DNA of 7,461 nt from a virus. Lineage: Duplodnaviria; Heunggongvirae; Uroviricota; Caudoviricetes. Within the stretch, counting starts at the first letter, position 1; each line of letters begins with the position of its first letter. The position numbers and the translations under genes were made by a program. Of this stretch, positions 6,820-7,461 are shown piece by piece. The DNA is taken from IMG/VR virus record IMGVR_UViG_2534681766_000009, positions 1-7,461 of that record; one strand, written 5' to 3'. The notes below the pieces were generated by a model. It had not been told where the DNA came from, did not search any database, and saw nothing but the letters and a program-made list of their open reading frames with translations.

Positions 6820-7461
6820 ATGGAAAAAGTTATAATTGAGCTTGATAATCGTTGGGAGTTAGCTGATTTCGCGGTCTTAACGAAAGAGTATTTGCAGCTA
6901 TATGGTTTTTTTTATGGCCTAAAAGGAGGATCAAGAGGATATTCAACAATGCCTTGGGAGGGTGGGCACAGTGTAGTGAACTTTTTTAGAGGGGCTTACA
7001 GTGCGACTCCACCAGATTTACGTCCTGTAGTGAAAAAAATTCAGTATGCCTCTCCTGGCTTTATTGAATTGTCTGCTCTTATTGATATCTCTTGGCAGAT
7101 TGCTGAGTTAGTTACTGCTGTTGGTGGAAGTATTCTGGCTGCCAACAAAGTTTACGATCAGGTGATGCGTACATATCGACAAAGAGAATGGGCAAAGTTG
7201 AAATCAGAGAAGCTGCGTATACAGAATCAAATTAAAGAGATTGAACTTGTTTCTGACGCAGTTAAATCACTTGAATCTGTGATGGCACTTAGTGAAGAAC
7301 AACGTAAAAACTTGGTTCAACTATCGGGGGCAGATGAACTGGTTCAGTTAAAGATACTTTTGGCTGTTTACCGACGGTTATCTCCTCTTGTTGAGTTGCA
7401 AAACAGCGGGAAAGCTAATTTTTCTGCAGGGAAAAATAAAAATTTAAAAGCGTCCGATTAA
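6820..7461 (+). CDS. Hypothetical protein, 213 aa, AT-rich gene of unrecognised family; C-terminal half looks coiled-coil-like
   Basis: Complete ORF from ATG 6820 to TAA 7459-7461 (the last base of the window). GGTGG RBS-like motif at 6806-6810. Possible -10 TATACT at 6776-6781. Composition and codon usage differ from the phage block. No catalytic motif recognised. Confidence 0.65.
   Translation: MEKVIIELDNRWELADFAVLTKEYLQLYGFFYGLKGGSRGYSTMPWEGGHSVVNFFRGAYSATPPDLRPVVKKIQYASPGFIELSALIDISWQIAELVTAVGGSILAANKVYDQVMRTYRQREWAKLKSEKLRIQNQIKEIELVSDAVKSLESVMALSEEQRKNLVQLSGADELVQLKILLAVYRRLSPLVELQNSGKANFSAGKNKNLKASD

Noticed and set aside
6680-6820. Possible prophage attachment site, tRNA gene or CyaR-like sRNA after ogr
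   Set aside because: I looked for a P2-type att core or a tRNA or CyaR-like sequence and could not recognise one by eye. The prophage end cannot be placed without comparison to an empty site.
1-7461. CRISPR arrays, rRNA genes, insertion sequences with terminal inverted repeats
   Set aside because: No regularly spaced direct repeats, no rRNA-like sequence, and no transposase-like ORF were seen.

Overview
No database search was run; all calls rest on reading the sequence, the supplied ORF track, and my memory of phage P2 proteins. The window is a GC-rich late tail-gene block of a P2-like myovirus prophage flanked on both sides by AT-rich cargo. The phage block (about 1500-6680) reads, all on the + strand: truncated tail sheath FI, N-terminally truncated chaperone E/E' with its TTTTTTG -1 frameshift site intact, intact tape measure T (815 aa), intact U (159 aa), D split by a one-base insertion in a G-run, and ogr split by a one-base deletion, followed by a strong terminator. 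This looks like a decaying prophage remnant, though the two indels could also be homopolymer sequencing errors. The most interesting element is the AT-rich left flank (1-1224): the 3' part of a gene encoding an ABC-type ATPase fused to a Toprim/DUF4435-like nuclease domain. It resembles OLD-family proteins or a fused PARIS AriA-AriB, and it sits where P2-like phages carry the Z/fun cargo hotspot upstream of FI. The AT-rich right flank (6820-7461) encodes a complete 213-aa protein I cannot assign to any family. No rRNA, tRNA, CRISPR array or obvious att core was seen.
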